Below, in pieces: positions 45,170-58,053 of a stretch of DNA of 64,000 nt. The stretch is from NCBI GenBank assembly GCA_036511675.1, contig DATCBU010000117.1, forward strand, positions 10,619-74,618. The letters are read 5' to 3'. The position numbers and the translations under genes were made by a program. Each line of letters opens with the position of its first letter. Positions within the stretch are counted from its first letter, which is position 1. Under the pieces are notes generated by a model. It made no database searches. It was given only the letters and a program-made list of their open reading frames with translations, and was not told the origin of the DNA. The stretch is from Acidimicrobiales bacterium. Its GTDB lineage: Bacteria > Actinomycetota > Acidimicrobiia > Acidimicrobiales > UBA8190.

Positions 45170-45200
45170 CGCAGGCGCGGGGCGGCGCTGCGTGCTGCGC

Positions 45201-48764
<3,564 letters not shown>

Positions 48765-48905
48765 GATCCCGACAGTCTACGGCCAGTGGTCGAGTTCTCT
48801 CTCCTGGCGAGGCCGGGATGCGGTCGCCCGGGGAGTTCCGGGGAGAGGTGCAGAGGCGGGGGCCGTCGGTGGGTGGGGGGCAGCGGGTTACGATGCGGCG
48901 CCGTG

Positions 48906-49502
48906 GTGAAGATCTATACACGCAAGGGCGACGACGGCACCACCGGGCTCTACTACGGGGGTCGCGTCCGCAAGGACTCGCCGGCCATCGAGGTCAACGG
49001 GGATGTCGACGAGGCCCAAGCGGTGTTGGGCCTGGCCCGCGCCGAAGCCGAGCCGGGCTCGGAGCTCGATGACATCCTCCTGAGCCTCGAGCGCGACCTG
49101 TGGGTGCTCATGGCCGAGGTGGCCACAGCCCCGGACAACCGTCACAAGCTCGTGGAAGGGACGTCTCTCGTGACCGATGCCATGGTGGGCGCCCTCGAGG
49201 TCCACATCGACGCGCTCAACGAGCGCTTCGAGATGCCGGCCGAATTCGTGGTGCCGGGGCAGAACCGGGTTTCCGCCGCCCTGGACGTGGCCCGCACGGT
49301 CGTGCGTCGAGCCGAACGGGAATGTGGCGGCGCGTCGCTGGCATCGGGGTCGCACGTGGGGCCCTATCTGAACCGGCTGTCGGACCTGTTGTGGACGATG
49401 GCGCGCTGGCAAGAGGGTGAGCACGTCGCGGCGCGCTCGATCGGGCACGCCCCTGGCGCCGCTGGTGGCGGTGCGGCCGGTGCCGGCGCAGGTGAGGCGT
49501 GA
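48906..49502 (+). CDS. PduO-type ATP:cob(I)alamin adenosyltransferase
   Basis: The 511-aa track ORF is trimmed to the GTG at 48906. The product starts VKIYTRKGDDGTTGL and contains FVVPG. Confidence 0.8.
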   Translation: MKIYTRKGDDGTTGLYYGGRVRKDSPAIEVNGDVDEAQAVLGLARAEAEPGSELDDILLSLERDLWVLMAEVATAPDNRHKLVEGTSLVTDAMVGALEVHIDALNERFEMPAEFVVPGQNRVSAALDVARTVVRRAERECGGASLASGSHVGPYLNRLSDLLWTMARWQEGEHVAARSIGHAPGAAGGGAAGAGAGEA

Positions 49503-51136
49503 GCCCGGCCGGGCCGCCGACGCGCTCGGCACTGCTCGGGGTGGCGTGGGCCGCCGCCGAGGATCCCGCCGCCGTAGCCGAGGCGGCGGGCGTGGCCGTG
49601 GCCGTGGTGGGCATCCCCGTCCTCGAGACTCCCGATGGGCCAGTGGTGGCAACCGGGGTCCCCGCCACGGTGGTCGTGAGCACGGGAGGGGACGCGCTCT
49701 CCACCGCGCTCGACGCCGGGCGGGCCCGCCAGCGCGGGTTCAAGGGCAAGGTGGGTCAGACCCTGACCGTCGTGGGGGAGCAGAACCCCCAGGGGTCGTT
49801 GGGTGCCGAAGCGCCCGCCGTGGTGTTCGTGGGGTGTGGCACCTTCGACGGGGGTGCCGGGGGGCCGAGTGCGGCCAGCGCGTTGCGCCGGGGCGCGGCC
49901 GCCCTGGTCCGCGCCGGCGGGAAGTCGGGGGCCGCGGTGCTCATCCTTCCCGCCTCTCTCGCCGAGGGGGTCGGCTCGGGCCGCGCCGCGGTGCAGGCCG
50001 TCGTGGAAGGGGCGGTCCTCGCCGCCTACCGATTCGTCTCGCACAAAAGTGACGGCGAGGGAGGCGGGGTGGAGCGGTTCGTGGTGGCCGGTGCCGGCCT
50101 CGACGCCGCCGAGGCGGCCGAAGGGGCCCGGCGCGGTGGGGTCGTGGCCGATGCCGTGGGCCTGGCGCGCGACCTGGTGAACGAACCGCCGAGCTCGCTG
50201 ACGCCCACGCGTTTCGCCGAGGCGGCCGAGGATCACGCCGCTGGTCGTGCCGGAGTGACCGTCGAGATCTGGGACGAGCAGCGCATCGTCGACGAGCGCC
50301 TGGGGGGGCTGCTGGGCGTGGCGCGAGGCTCGGCCGAGCCGCCCCGTCTGCTCAAGATCTCCTACGAGCCCCGTGACCCTTTGACCGTAGACGGACGCGT
50401 CCCGCACGTGATCTTGGTGGGCAAGGGGATCACCTTCGACTCCGGAGGGCTGTCGCTCAAGACCCCGGACGGCATGACCACCATGAAGACCGACATGAGC
50501 GGGGCGGCGGCGGTCCTGGCGGCGGTATCGGCCTGCGGCGAGCTCGGGGTACGGGTACGGGTCACGGCCATCGCGCCGACGACCGAGAACATGCCCGGAG
50601 GTCGGGCCACCAAGCCCGGCGACGTGCTCACCATCCGCAACGGCAGGACCATCGAGGTGCTCAACACCGATGCCGAGGGACGTCTCGTCCTCGCCGACGG
50701 GCTGTCGCTGGCGGCGGAGCTCGAACCCGACGCCATCATCGACCTGGCCACGCTCACTGGTGCGTGCGTGGTGGCGCTGGGCATGTCCATCGCCGGGGTG
50801 TTCGGTTCCGATGACACCCTCATCGGTCGGGTCCGGGCTGCATCGGACCGGGCCGGCGAGGGGACGTGGACGCTGCCGCTGCCCGAGGAGTACAAGTCGC
50901 ACATCGACTCGGAGATCGCCGACATGAAGAACGTCGGCAAGGGAGGCCAGGCCGGTGCCATCTCGGCCGCCCTTCTGCTGGCCGAGTTCGTGGGCGACGT
51001 GCCCTGGGTGCATCTCGACATCGCCGGCCCGGCGCGCTCGGACGAGGACAATGGGATCCTCACCAAGGGCGGGACCGGCTTCGGGGTGCGCACGCTGTTG
51101 GAGCTCCTCGAGAACTACGCGGTCGCCCCGGACTGA
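49499..51136 (+). CDS. pepA: leucyl aminopeptidase (M17)
   Basis: Contains VGKGITFDSGG, MKTDMSGAA and NTDAEGRLVLAD. The GTG start overlaps the upstream stop. Confidence 0.85.
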   Translation: MSPAGPPTRSALLGVAWAAAEDPAAVAEAAGVAVAVVGIPVLETPDGPVVATGVPATVVVSTGGDALSTALDAGRARQRGFKGKVGQTLTVVGEQNPQGSLGAEAPAVVFVGCGTFDGGAGGPSAASALRRGAAALVRAGGKSGAAVLILPASLAEGVGSGRAAVQAVVEGAVLAAYRFVSHKSDGEGGGVERFVVAGAGLDAAEAAEGARRGGVVADAVGLARDLVNEPPSSLTPTRFAEAAEDHAAGRAGVTVEIWDEQRIVDERLGGLLGVARGSAEPPRLLKISYEPRDPLTVDGRVPHVILVGKGITFDSGGLSLKTPDGMTTMKTDMSGAAAVLAAVSACGELGVRVRVTAIAPTTENMPGGRATKPGDVLTIRNGRTIEVLNTDAEGRLVLADGLSLAAELEPDAIIDLATLTGACVVALGMSIAGVFGSDDTLIGRVRAASDRAGEGTWTLPLPEEYKSHIDSEIADMKNVGKGGQAGAISAALLLAEFVGDVPWVHLDIAGPARSDEDNGILTKGGTGFGVRTLLELLENYAVAPD

Positions 51137-51161
51137 CCGATGCCGACGCCGCCCCGCGGCG

Positions 51162-51914
51162 TCAGGAGGCGCGGCCGGGATGCGCCAGACCGGGATCGCG
51201 GTCGGTCATCTCCGCCCAGCGGGCGTCGGCGAGTTGGGCTAGGGCAGCCAGGTGGGCGCGCTCGCGTGTGCCGAAGCGCCAGCCCGGACGGCCCACGGCC
51301 AGGACCAGGTCCCAGGCCGTGAGGTCCACGAACCCGACGTCACCGCCTTCGGGCCCTATGGGACGAAAACCGGCGTCTCGGGATCCGTCGTCTTCGCCGC
51401 CGGTGCTGGCGTTGGCCGGCCCACGATCGGATTCGGGGCCGGCGGTGCGCGCCTCGGTGAGCGAGGAGGAGAGCCATTGCATCGCCGGCGGGCGACCCTG
51501 GGACGCGATGACCGAGAGCGCCTCGACATCGACGACCGCGCTCCACGTGGCATCGAGCTCGGCACAGACCCGTCGGACCAGAGCGCCCAGGACCCCGTGC
51601 GGGGTGCGTTCCTTCAGGATCATGAGCGCCGTGGTGTAGGCCTCGAGCCGTCGATCATGACGACGCCCCGACACGGGACGGACATCTTGGAGCGCCACAC
51701 CGTCGACCTCGGCGATCTCGCTGAGCAGGAGCGATAGGTGGTCTCCGTCGGCGAGTTCCACGACGAACTCGTCGACGGCCTTGCCGTCACGGTGCTCGAC
51801 GACTTCCACGGCCACCAGGTCGCCGCGCACCGCTCCAATCCGACTGGCGACGGCGCCGAGCGCGCCCGGCCTGTCGGGCAGCTCCACCCGGAGCAGGAAC
51901 GTCGCCACTGTCAC
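51162..51914 (-). CDS. ACT-domain protein with uncharacterised C-terminal domain
   Basis: The N-terminus LLRVELPDRPGALGAVASRIGAVRGDLVAVEV is ACT-like. I cannot assign the remaining ~170 aa. Confidence 0.5.
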   Translation of the reverse strand: MTVATFLLRVELPDRPGALGAVASRIGAVRGDLVAVEVVEHRDGKAVDEFVVELADGDHLSLLLSEIAEVDGVALQDVRPVSGRRHDRRLEAYTTALMILKERTPHGVLGALVRRVCAELDATWSAVVDVEALSVIASQGRPPAMQWLSSSLTEARTAGPESDRGPANASTGGEDDGSRDAGFRPIGPEGGDVGFVDLTAWDLVLAVGRPGWRFGTRERAHLAALAQLADARWAEMTDRDPGLAHPGRAS

Positions 51915-52044
51915 AGACTAGGGGTGCCACGTGAACGCTTCGTTTCCGACGTGCGACACGGCCGTGAACCGGAACCCGTAGGTACCGGGCTCGGGACCAC
52001 CGGGGGGTGCGAGCGGACCACGGGGAGTGCGCGAGGTGCCGTGT

Positions 52045-52779
52045 TCACGAGGGGCGAACCGATCGTCCGGCGTGGACGGCGCCACCAGTACGAGCCCTGT
52101 TGCTGGTGGTGGCGTTGGTCTCGTGCGCCCGGTATGCCCATGCCCACTGGGCGGCTTCGTGGGCGATGGCGGGATGGACCTGCCACCGGACCAGTTGGAG
52201 CTCGACCTCGGGTCGGTCGTGGCTCGACGCCAGGAGGGCGAGCGCCAGGCGCCGGGCCGTGCGGCGGGCTTCGTCGAGCACCGGGGAGGAGCGGGCCGGG
52301 ATCATCCAATGCGCATGGCGGTTCTGGAGCGATTCGGGCAGCCGCTGCAGATGGCGCTGCGGCATCGGCGGGATGCGGCGCCTGACCGCCAACGTGGTGG
52401 GCCCTTCGCGCCGAGCCATCTCGAAGGTCACACAGCGCGCCAGTGCCCGACGGAACGGGGACTGACGTCCGGCTCGGTCGCCGAGCCCCAGGGCGCGGGC
52501 TGTGTCGGCCAGGTCGAGGTCGAAGCCGGCGGGGTCGTCATCGAGCCCGGCCGCGAACCGCCGCATCAACCAAGTGCAGGTCGGCCCGATGATCCCGAGC
52601 CAGAAGGTCTCGACATAGAGCGACCGGGGGTCATAGCCCAGTCGATCGATGACCGGGTCGGGCCACCCCACGATCCGGATGCATTCCGGCACCGACTCGG
52701 GCTCGAGCTCCGACCCGGACTCGGCAACGGAACGCACGACGGGACGCACGACAGGGACGGGGACGGGAACGACGGACAT
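52045..52779 (-). CDS. conserved hypothetical protein (possible winged-helix)
   Basis: 244 aa. RSLYVETFWLGIIGPTCTWLMRRFA...TARALGLG...SPFRRALARCVTF suggests an HTH-like core, but this is inference only. Confidence 0.5.
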   Translation of the reverse strand: MSVVPVPVPVVRPVVRSVAESGSELEPESVPECIRIVGWPDPVIDRLGYDPRSLYVETFWLGIIGPTCTWLMRRFAAGLDDDPAGFDLDLADTARALGLGDRAGRQSPFRRALARCVTFEMARREGPTTLAVRRRIPPMPQRHLQRLPESLQNRHAHWMIPARSSPVLDEARRTARRLALALLASSHDRPEVELQLVRWQVHPAIAHEAAQWAWAYRAHETNATTSNRARTGGAVHAGRSVRPS

Positions 52780-52913
52780 GGCTGCTCCAGCTCACGGTGG
52801 ACGGGACAGGAGCACCCTCGCGCCCGCGCCTCGCCGTCAACCTCGCGGTCAACCTCGCCGTCGACCGCCCGATGTCCTGACCGCGGTATTGCACGAGCAC
52901 GCCCACGCCTCAC

Positions 52914-53903
52914 TCAGCGCGCCCCCGCTGCTTGGGACTGGGCCCAGGTATAGGTGTAGGTCGGGGTCCCGGTCATCAAGGCGAACAGGACGGCGTCGCT
53001 CGTCCACGGGCTGTCCGAAGCCACAGTGGCCTCGGCCGCCCCCATGACGAGGGTGCTGTGCGACGCCGCGATCACCGACGCGTTGAACCCCAGGATGTTG
53101 TCGCGATGTCCCCAGCACGACCCGGGATTTGCGGCGCTGCAGTCGATGTCTCCGGATCCGGGCCCGTCGTCGTACAGCCAGTTGTAGTTCGAGCCCAGCG
53201 GGCCCGCACCCTCGCCCCAGTTCGAGGCCCATCTCGTCACGGTGGTCCCGGGCGGCACCGACGCCGGGGTGGGGTCGGTGTTGGCGGCGGCCGCGTTCTG
53301 GGCATCGGTGTCGAGCTGCGCCACCATCCCGACCACGGGCGGCAGGCCCCGGTCGACACGCTCGATGTCGGTGAGGACGAAGAGTTGCTCGGCCGGAGAC
53401 AACGCCGTGTAGTCCGACGGGAGCACCATGGCGCCGAGGCCCTCGATGGCACGCGCCGCCGCGGTGGCCTGCTCGGTGGCGGCGATGCACGGCGCCGACT
53501 CGGTGCCGGTTTGTCGACAGGTCGCCGCGAAGTTGGGTGACTCGGCGATGTTGGCGGCGGGGCTGGTGGGCGGCAGGATCGGATGGGACTTCGCCGGTTT
53601 CACCGGCGGGGTCGTGGTCCGCGGTGTGGTCGGAGGGGGCGTGGCCCGGGTGGTGGGCGGCGCAGCCGCTTGTGGTGCAACGGTCGCGACCGGGGTCGTG
53701 GGGGCGACGAGCGCGGGAGCGGTGGTGGTGGGGGCGAGCGCCTGGGGGTGGAGGAAGCCGATCGAGGGCCGCGACGCAGCTGATCCCGCCGTCGGCGGGG
53801 TCGCGGATCGGGCCGGCGCAGGCTCGAACGCGGTCACGATCACCAGGGTCAGGGATACCAGCGTGACTGCCCCGACCAGGGCGGACGTGCCCGTCACGGG
53901 CAT
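52914..53903 (-). CDS. membrane-anchored/secreted protein with CAP (SCP/PR-1, YkwD)-like C-terminal domain
   Basis: Trimmed to MPVTGTSALVGAVTLVSLTLVIV (start at 53903). It has a Pro/Thr/Ala linker, and the C-terminus TDIERVDRGLPPV...CWGHRDNIL resembles CAP-domain signatures. Confidence 0.5.
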   Translation of the reverse strand: MPVTGTSALVGAVTLVSLTLVIVTAFEPAPARSATPPTAGSAASRPSIGFLHPQALAPTTTAPALVAPTTPVATVAPQAAAPPTTRATPPPTTPRTTTPPVKPAKSHPILPPTSPAANIAESPNFAATCRQTGTESAPCIAATEQATAAARAIEGLGAMVLPSDYTALSPAEQLFVLTDIERVDRGLPPVVGMVAQLDTDAQNAAAANTDPTPASVPPGTTVTRWASNWGEGAGPLGSNYNWLYDDGPGSGDIDCSAANPGSCWGHRDNILGFNASVIAASHSTLVMGAAEATVASDSPWTSDAVLFALMTGTPTYTYTWAQSQAAGAR

Positions 53904-54318
53904 GCGGCGGAGCAGGACGCGAGGGCGCGTCTCAGAGCTCGACACACCCTGGTTGTCGGCATCGCCCGCGACCCGCTTAAGACCCTCACCGAGTGTGGCA
54001 CCCGATATCCGTAGAAAACACAACGGAAAACGCGGGAATGGGGATCGCCGATCACCCTCAGCGGTGGCACATCAGCCGTCGTCTGTGCAAGTCGATGTCA
54101 TCCCCGACCGGGTCTGACTAGCACTGCCACCACGCCTAGGATCGTCAGTGGTGTGCGTGCGCAGTTGATGAAGGGGGTACGCCCATCGAGTGACTGCAGG
54201 TCAGCCTGCGGGAGGGCTGCACGTCGAGCGTGCGCCACACCCGGGTCGGCGAAGTCGTGACCGACCTGTGGGTGGAGCGGGGTCGCCGTGATCTCGCAGG
54301 GATCGGAGTACTGAGTTG

Positions 54319-56022
54319 ATGAACGACGTCACGGGGGGGCAGGACGAGCCGAAGCGGCCCGTCGTGTCTCGTCGGCGCGGTCTCGGCAAGGGACTCGGTG
54401 CCATCCTTCCCCCTCCCGCCGGTGCCGACGACGAGCGGGATCGACGTGACCAGCTCACCGGCCTCCCCAACCGCACCGAGCTCGACGAGCGGTTCGACGA
54501 GGCGATGGCCCGGTGCCGCCAGGACGGCGCGTCGTTGGCCGTGCTCGTGGTCGGCCTCGACGGCTTCGGCGACGTCAACGAGCTGCACGGACACAACGTG
54601 GGCGACGGGCTGTTGCACGACGCCGCGGCGCGCCTGTCGGCGGCACGCCGGAAGTCCGACACCGTGGCGCGTTTCGCCGGGGACGAGTTCGTCGTGGTGT
54701 GTCCCTATGTGGCCTCTGCCGACCTCGCCTGCCAGATGGCGGGGCGCATCCTCGAGGACCTGAGCCAGCCGGCCACGGTCGACGACGTGGAGCTGCAGCT
54801 GTCGGCGAGCATCGGTGTGGTCGTGACGACGTTGGGGGAGACGGGGGGAGACAGCACCGGTCATCCGCCCACACTCGAAACGCTGCTCGGAGACGCGTCG
54901 CTCGCCATGCGGCGCGCCAAGGACGAGGGTGGGGCGTCGTGGAAGCTGTTCGACCCTTCCATGCGCGAGCACGTCGTGGTGCGCTCCCAGAACCGCCAGG
55001 ACCTGCGCACCGCGCTCGACGAGGGCGGACTGGTCCTCGAGTACGAGGACATCGTGGACCTGGGCACGGGAGTGGCGATCGGGGAGTCGGCGATCCTGGG
55101 CTGGAGCCAACCTGGGCCCGATGCCGATCAACCCCAGGCACCTCTTGACCTCGTCGACGAGGCGGGCCTGGCCGTGCCGATCGGCCGATGGGTGTTGGAC
55201 CAGGCGCTCTCGGACCTCGGCGCCCGGCACGCGGCGGCGAGCTTGCCCCCCCACTTCCGGGTGTGGGTCAAGGTGGCACCGACCCTGGTGGCGGATCCCG
55301 CACTGGTCGAGCTCGTCGACGAGCTCACCGAGAAGCACGGCGTGTCGCCCTCGGTCCTGGGTCTCGACATCCGCGAGCCCTCAGCGGCGGCCCTGGCCTC
55401 CACCGAGACCACGTTGCGCGCCCTGTACGAGCGTGACGTCGTCGTGGGGCTCGACGACTTCGGGTCCGGGCAGACCAACCTGGCCCTGCTCCAGAAATTG
55501 CCCATCTCGGGCCTTAAGCTGGCGCCCGACCTCGTCGCCGCCCTCGGTGACGACCCCGGCATCCCGGAGCCTGGAATCCGAGAGCACAACCCATCGGCCC
55601 CCGGCGCGTCTGTCCCGACCCACCCCTCGGCCGTCGATCCCGGGACCGATCCTGATCCCGATCCCGATGGCAATGGCGGCACCGACGCGGAGGCCGATGT
55701 CGGTGACGTCGATGCCACCGAGGGCCACGCTCTCACGTTGAGCAGGGAAGCCGCCGCGTTGGTGCGGGGGTTGCTCCAGCTCGGCCAAGCCCTCGAGCTC
55801 ACGGTGGTGGCGCAAGGGGTCGAGTCCGAGGCTCAGGTGGCGGCACTGCGGGCCCTCGGATGTGCCTACGCCCAGGGACCGTTCCTGGTCGGCCGCCGTG
55901 CCGTGCCCGCCGCGACCGGCGTCGACCCACCCGCCGAGCTCCATGCCGTTGCTCCGACCGACTCCCGTGCGGACGAACCGGCCACCGAGTCCCTGTGGGC
56001 GCCGGGAACGCTGGCCACCTGA
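54319..56022 (+). CDS. GGDEF-EAL domain protein (EAL motifs degenerate)
   Basis: The GGDEF domain has RKSD (an I-site-like RxxD) five residues before AGDEF. The EAL domain has DDFGSGQTNL, but SAI replaces EAL and QGVE replaces EGVE, and there is a ~60-aa acidic/Pro insertion. Confidence 0.8.
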   Translation: MNDVTGGQDEPKRPVVSRRRGLGKGLGAILPPPAGADDERDRRDQLTGLPNRTELDERFDEAMARCRQDGASLAVLVVGLDGFGDVNELHGHNVGDGLLHDAAARLSAARRKSDTVARFAGDEFVVVCPYVASADLACQMAGRILEDLSQPATVDDVELQLSASIGVVVTTLGETGGDSTGHPPTLETLLGDASLAMRRAKDEGGASWKLFDPSMREHVVVRSQNRQDLRTALDEGGLVLEYEDIVDLGTGVAIGESAILGWSQPGPDADQPQAPLDLVDEAGLAVPIGRWVLDQALSDLGARHAAASLPPHFRVWVKVAPTLVADPALVELVDELTEKHGVSPSVLGLDIREPSAAALASTETTLRALYERDVVVGLDDFGSGQTNLALLQKLPISGLKLAPDLVAALGDDPGIPEPGIREHNPSAPGASVPTHPSAVDPGTDPDPDPDGNGGTDAEADVGDVDATEGHALTLSREAAALVRGLLQLGQALELTVVAQGVESEAQVAALRALGCAYAQGPFLVGRRAVPAATGVDPPAELHAVAPTDSRADEPATESLWAPGTLAT

Positions 56023-56115
56023 CCTCGGCATGCCGACGGCGAGCCCGGCACCGGGTCCCCTCGCCGCGGGTCGCACGCGCCTGCCGCACCCAAGGCTGAG
56101 GCAGAGTGAGAGCCC

Positions 56116-56799
56116 GTGCTCAACGTCCACTTCGTGCTCCTCGGCGCCGCCATCGGCACCATCGGGCAGGCGTTCTATGTGGCGGACACGATCCGGGGTC
56201 GCAACCAACCCAACCGCGTTACGTGGTTGTTGTGGGCCATCGCCCCGCTGTTGGCGTTCGCGGTGGAGACCAACGACCACGTGGGTCTGCAATCGCTGCT
56301 GACCTTCACCGTGGGCTTCGGCCCGTTGGTGGTGTTCGTGGCGTCGTTCGTAAACCGGAAGTCGGTGTGGAAGCTGGGACCACTCGACTACACCTGCGGT
56401 GCCCTGTCGGTCGGGGGCACCATCGGCTGGATCGTCACACGTCAAGGACTGGTGGCACTGGGTGCGGCGGTGGCCGCCGATGCGTTGGCGGGAGTGCCCA
56501 CACTCGTCAAGTCCTGGAAGCGGCCGGAGTCCGAGAGCGCCAGCGTCTACATCGGGTCGTTCCTCAACGCCGGGATCACCCTCCTCACGGTGAAGCACGT
56601 TTCGGCACCCGTCCTGGCCTTCCCGCTCTACATCGCGGTCATCGCACTGGCGGAGACCGTGCTGGTCGCCGGACGCCTGGGGCCCCGGGTGCGACGAGAG
56701 TCACAGCCGGCGAGGACTGCAGCCGCCCGGACTACAGCCGCAAGGACCACAGCCGAGGTGGCGGTGGAAGCCGCCGGTGATTCAGACGTCGAGCAGTGA
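56116..56799 (+). CDS. integral membrane protein, function unknown
   Basis: 227 aa with about 6 TM helices. The C-terminal tail contains the ART(A/T)A repeat. GTG start. Confidence 0.6.
   Translation: MLNVHFVLLGAAIGTIGQAFYVADTIRGRNQPNRVTWLLWAIAPLLAFAVETNDHVGLQSLLTFTVGFGPLVVFVASFVNRKSVWKLGPLDYTCGALSVGGTIGWIVTRQGLVALGAAVAADALAGVPTLVKSWKRPESESASVYIGSFLNAGITLLTVKHVSAPVLAFPLYIAVIALAETVLVAGRLGPRVRRESQPARTAAARTTAARTTAEVAVEAAGDSDVEQ
56710..56754 (+). repeat. 15-nt in-frame tandem repeat x3 near CDS 3' end
   Basis: The units are gcgaggactgcagcc, gcccggactacagcc and gcaaggaccacagcc, encoding ARTAA, ARTTA and ARTTA. Confidence 0.85.
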
Positions 56800-57264
56800 C
56801 GTCTCGTCGATCCCGAGGGAGCGCAGCATCCGGCCCAGCCCCAAGAAGGCGGCCAGGCAGATGGTCAGGTCCAGGATCTCGGCGTCGGCGAAGCACTGGG
56901 CCAGTCGGGCGAAGAAGGCGTCGTCGATGCCGAGGTGGTCCAGCGCAAAACGCTCGGCGTACTCGATGGCGATCTGTTCCTGTTGGCTGTACTCCTCGAG
57001 GAGTTCGTGGTCCCCGACATGGCGGTAGAAGTCCTCGGTGACTCCTTGCTCCTTGACCGACGTGGCCCGGAAGGCGAGGCACACCGGGCATTCGTTGAGC
57101 TGGGCGATGCGAATGCGGGCGGCTTCGCGCACACGGACAGGCAGGATGCTCTTGTTGTAAGCGGCGTCCACGAGCCGGTTCACGGCCCGACCCATCTCCG
57201 GGCGCAGGTTCCACACCTGCACGGCGTCGCCCCCTTCGCCGGCAGGGACAGCGATGCGGGCCAC
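56782..57264 (-). CDS. carboxymuconolactone decarboxylase (AhpD-like) family protein
   Basis: IAQLNECPVCLAFR provides a CxxC in the expected helix context. GTG start. The 3' end overlaps the convergent membrane-protein gene by 18 nt. Confidence 0.65.
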   Translation of the reverse strand: MARIAVPAGEGGDAVQVWNLRPEMGRAVNRLVDAAYNKSILPVRVREAARIRIAQLNECPVCLAFRATSVKEQGVTEDFYRHVGDHELLEEYSQQEQIAIEYAERFALDHLGIDDAFFARLAQCFADAEILDLTICLAAFLGLGRMLRSLGIDETSLLDV

Positions 57265-57288
57265 GGTGCCAGCCTACGACCGCACGAC

Positions 57289-57324
57289 GTTCACCACCGC
57301 GTTCACCACCGCGTTCACCACCGG
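57289..57324. repeat. 12-nt tandem repeat x3 spanning a stop codon
   Basis: gttcaccaccgc x2 plus gttcaccaccgg. The nitroreductase stop (tca, 57315-57317) lies in one unit. On the minus strand every unit carries an in-frame TGA. Confidence 0.9.
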
Positions 57325-57932
57325 CCCCGGTGGACGACGTCGGATGGCCGGCGACGTCCCCGTGCCAACGACGGTGACGGGGGGTCGGCTCCTCCCGGCT
57401 CTCCCATGAGCACCGCCCCGAGGTAGCGGCGGTCGGGGGGAACGCCCAGGGCCTGGCGCAGGGCCACCTCTCCCCGGAAATTGCCGAGGAAGCAGGCGCC
57501 GAGCCCGACGTCCTCGGCGGCCAGGAGCATGACCAGGACGGCGAAGCCGCCGTCGACGAACCAGTACGGCACCGGCCACGCGCCGTCCCCCTCGAATGCA
57601 CCGGCCCCGAGCCCGCTACCCGCTTTGTCGGGCTCGTCGTAGCGCGCCCGGTAGGCGTCTTGGTCAACGAAGATGGCGACGACGACCGGAGCTCGTCGCA
57701 GGCCGGGCCAGCGTCGGGACCGGGCGCGCCACTCGTCGGTGGTGGTGGCGTCCCAGAACGCCGAGGTCTGTTCGGGACCGGCCAGGACCACGGCGTCCCA
57801 CCCTCCCGTATTGCCTGCCGACGGAGCGCGACACGCCAGGTCGAGGGCCCGGTCGAGCACTTCGGCGGGGACGGGCCGGCCCGAGAAGCTGCGCACCATG
57901 CGACGCCGGCGCACGGCGTCGGACAGGTCCAT
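57315..57932 (-). CDS. nitroreductase-family protein
   Basis: Trimmed to MDLSDAVRRRRMVRSF (start at 57932). RAPSAGNTGGWD is the typical nitroreductase N-terminal pattern. Confidence 0.7.
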   Translation of the reverse strand: MDLSDAVRRRRMVRSFSGRPVPAEVLDRALDLACRAPSAGNTGGWDAVVLAGPEQTSAFWDATTTDEWRARSRRWPGLRRAPVVVAIFVDQDAYRARYDEPDKAGSGLGAGAFEGDGAWPVPYWFVDGGFAVLVMLLAAEDVGLGACFLGNFRGEVALRQALGVPPDRRYLGAVLMGEPGGADPPSPSLARGRRRPSDVVHRGRW

Positions 57933-58053
57933 GGACGAGAAAGCTACCGATCTCCGGTCACCTGGCCCGGCGCCCGTCCCGGCGCGCCGTCCCGTCACCC
58001 GGTGGAGGCGGGAATGTTGACCCCACTGGTAGGGTTTATCTCATCAGGCGGCG

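Noticed and set aside
45170-45200. GC-rich hairpin (GCGCAG...CTGCGC) between the convergent transglycosylase-like gene and metH, considered as a terminator.
   Set aside because: It has only a 6-bp unambiguous stem and no U-tract. That is too weak to list as a feature.
48765-48905. Possible riboswitch (SAM, SAH or cobalamin class) in the divergent spacer between metH and the adenosyltransferase gene.
   Set aside because: I could not recognise any class-defining conserved segment by eye; there is only a short CCCGG/CCGGG hairpin. It would need an Infernal scan and is not reported as a feature.
54024-54315. Possible tRNA or small RNA in the ~290-nt gap upstream of the GGDEF-EAL gene.
   Set aside because: I could find no cloverleaf, T-loop (GGTTCGAATCC-like) or anticodon-arm pattern. 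The gap also shrinks or grows depending on the uncertain start of the upstream gene (53903 or 54023).
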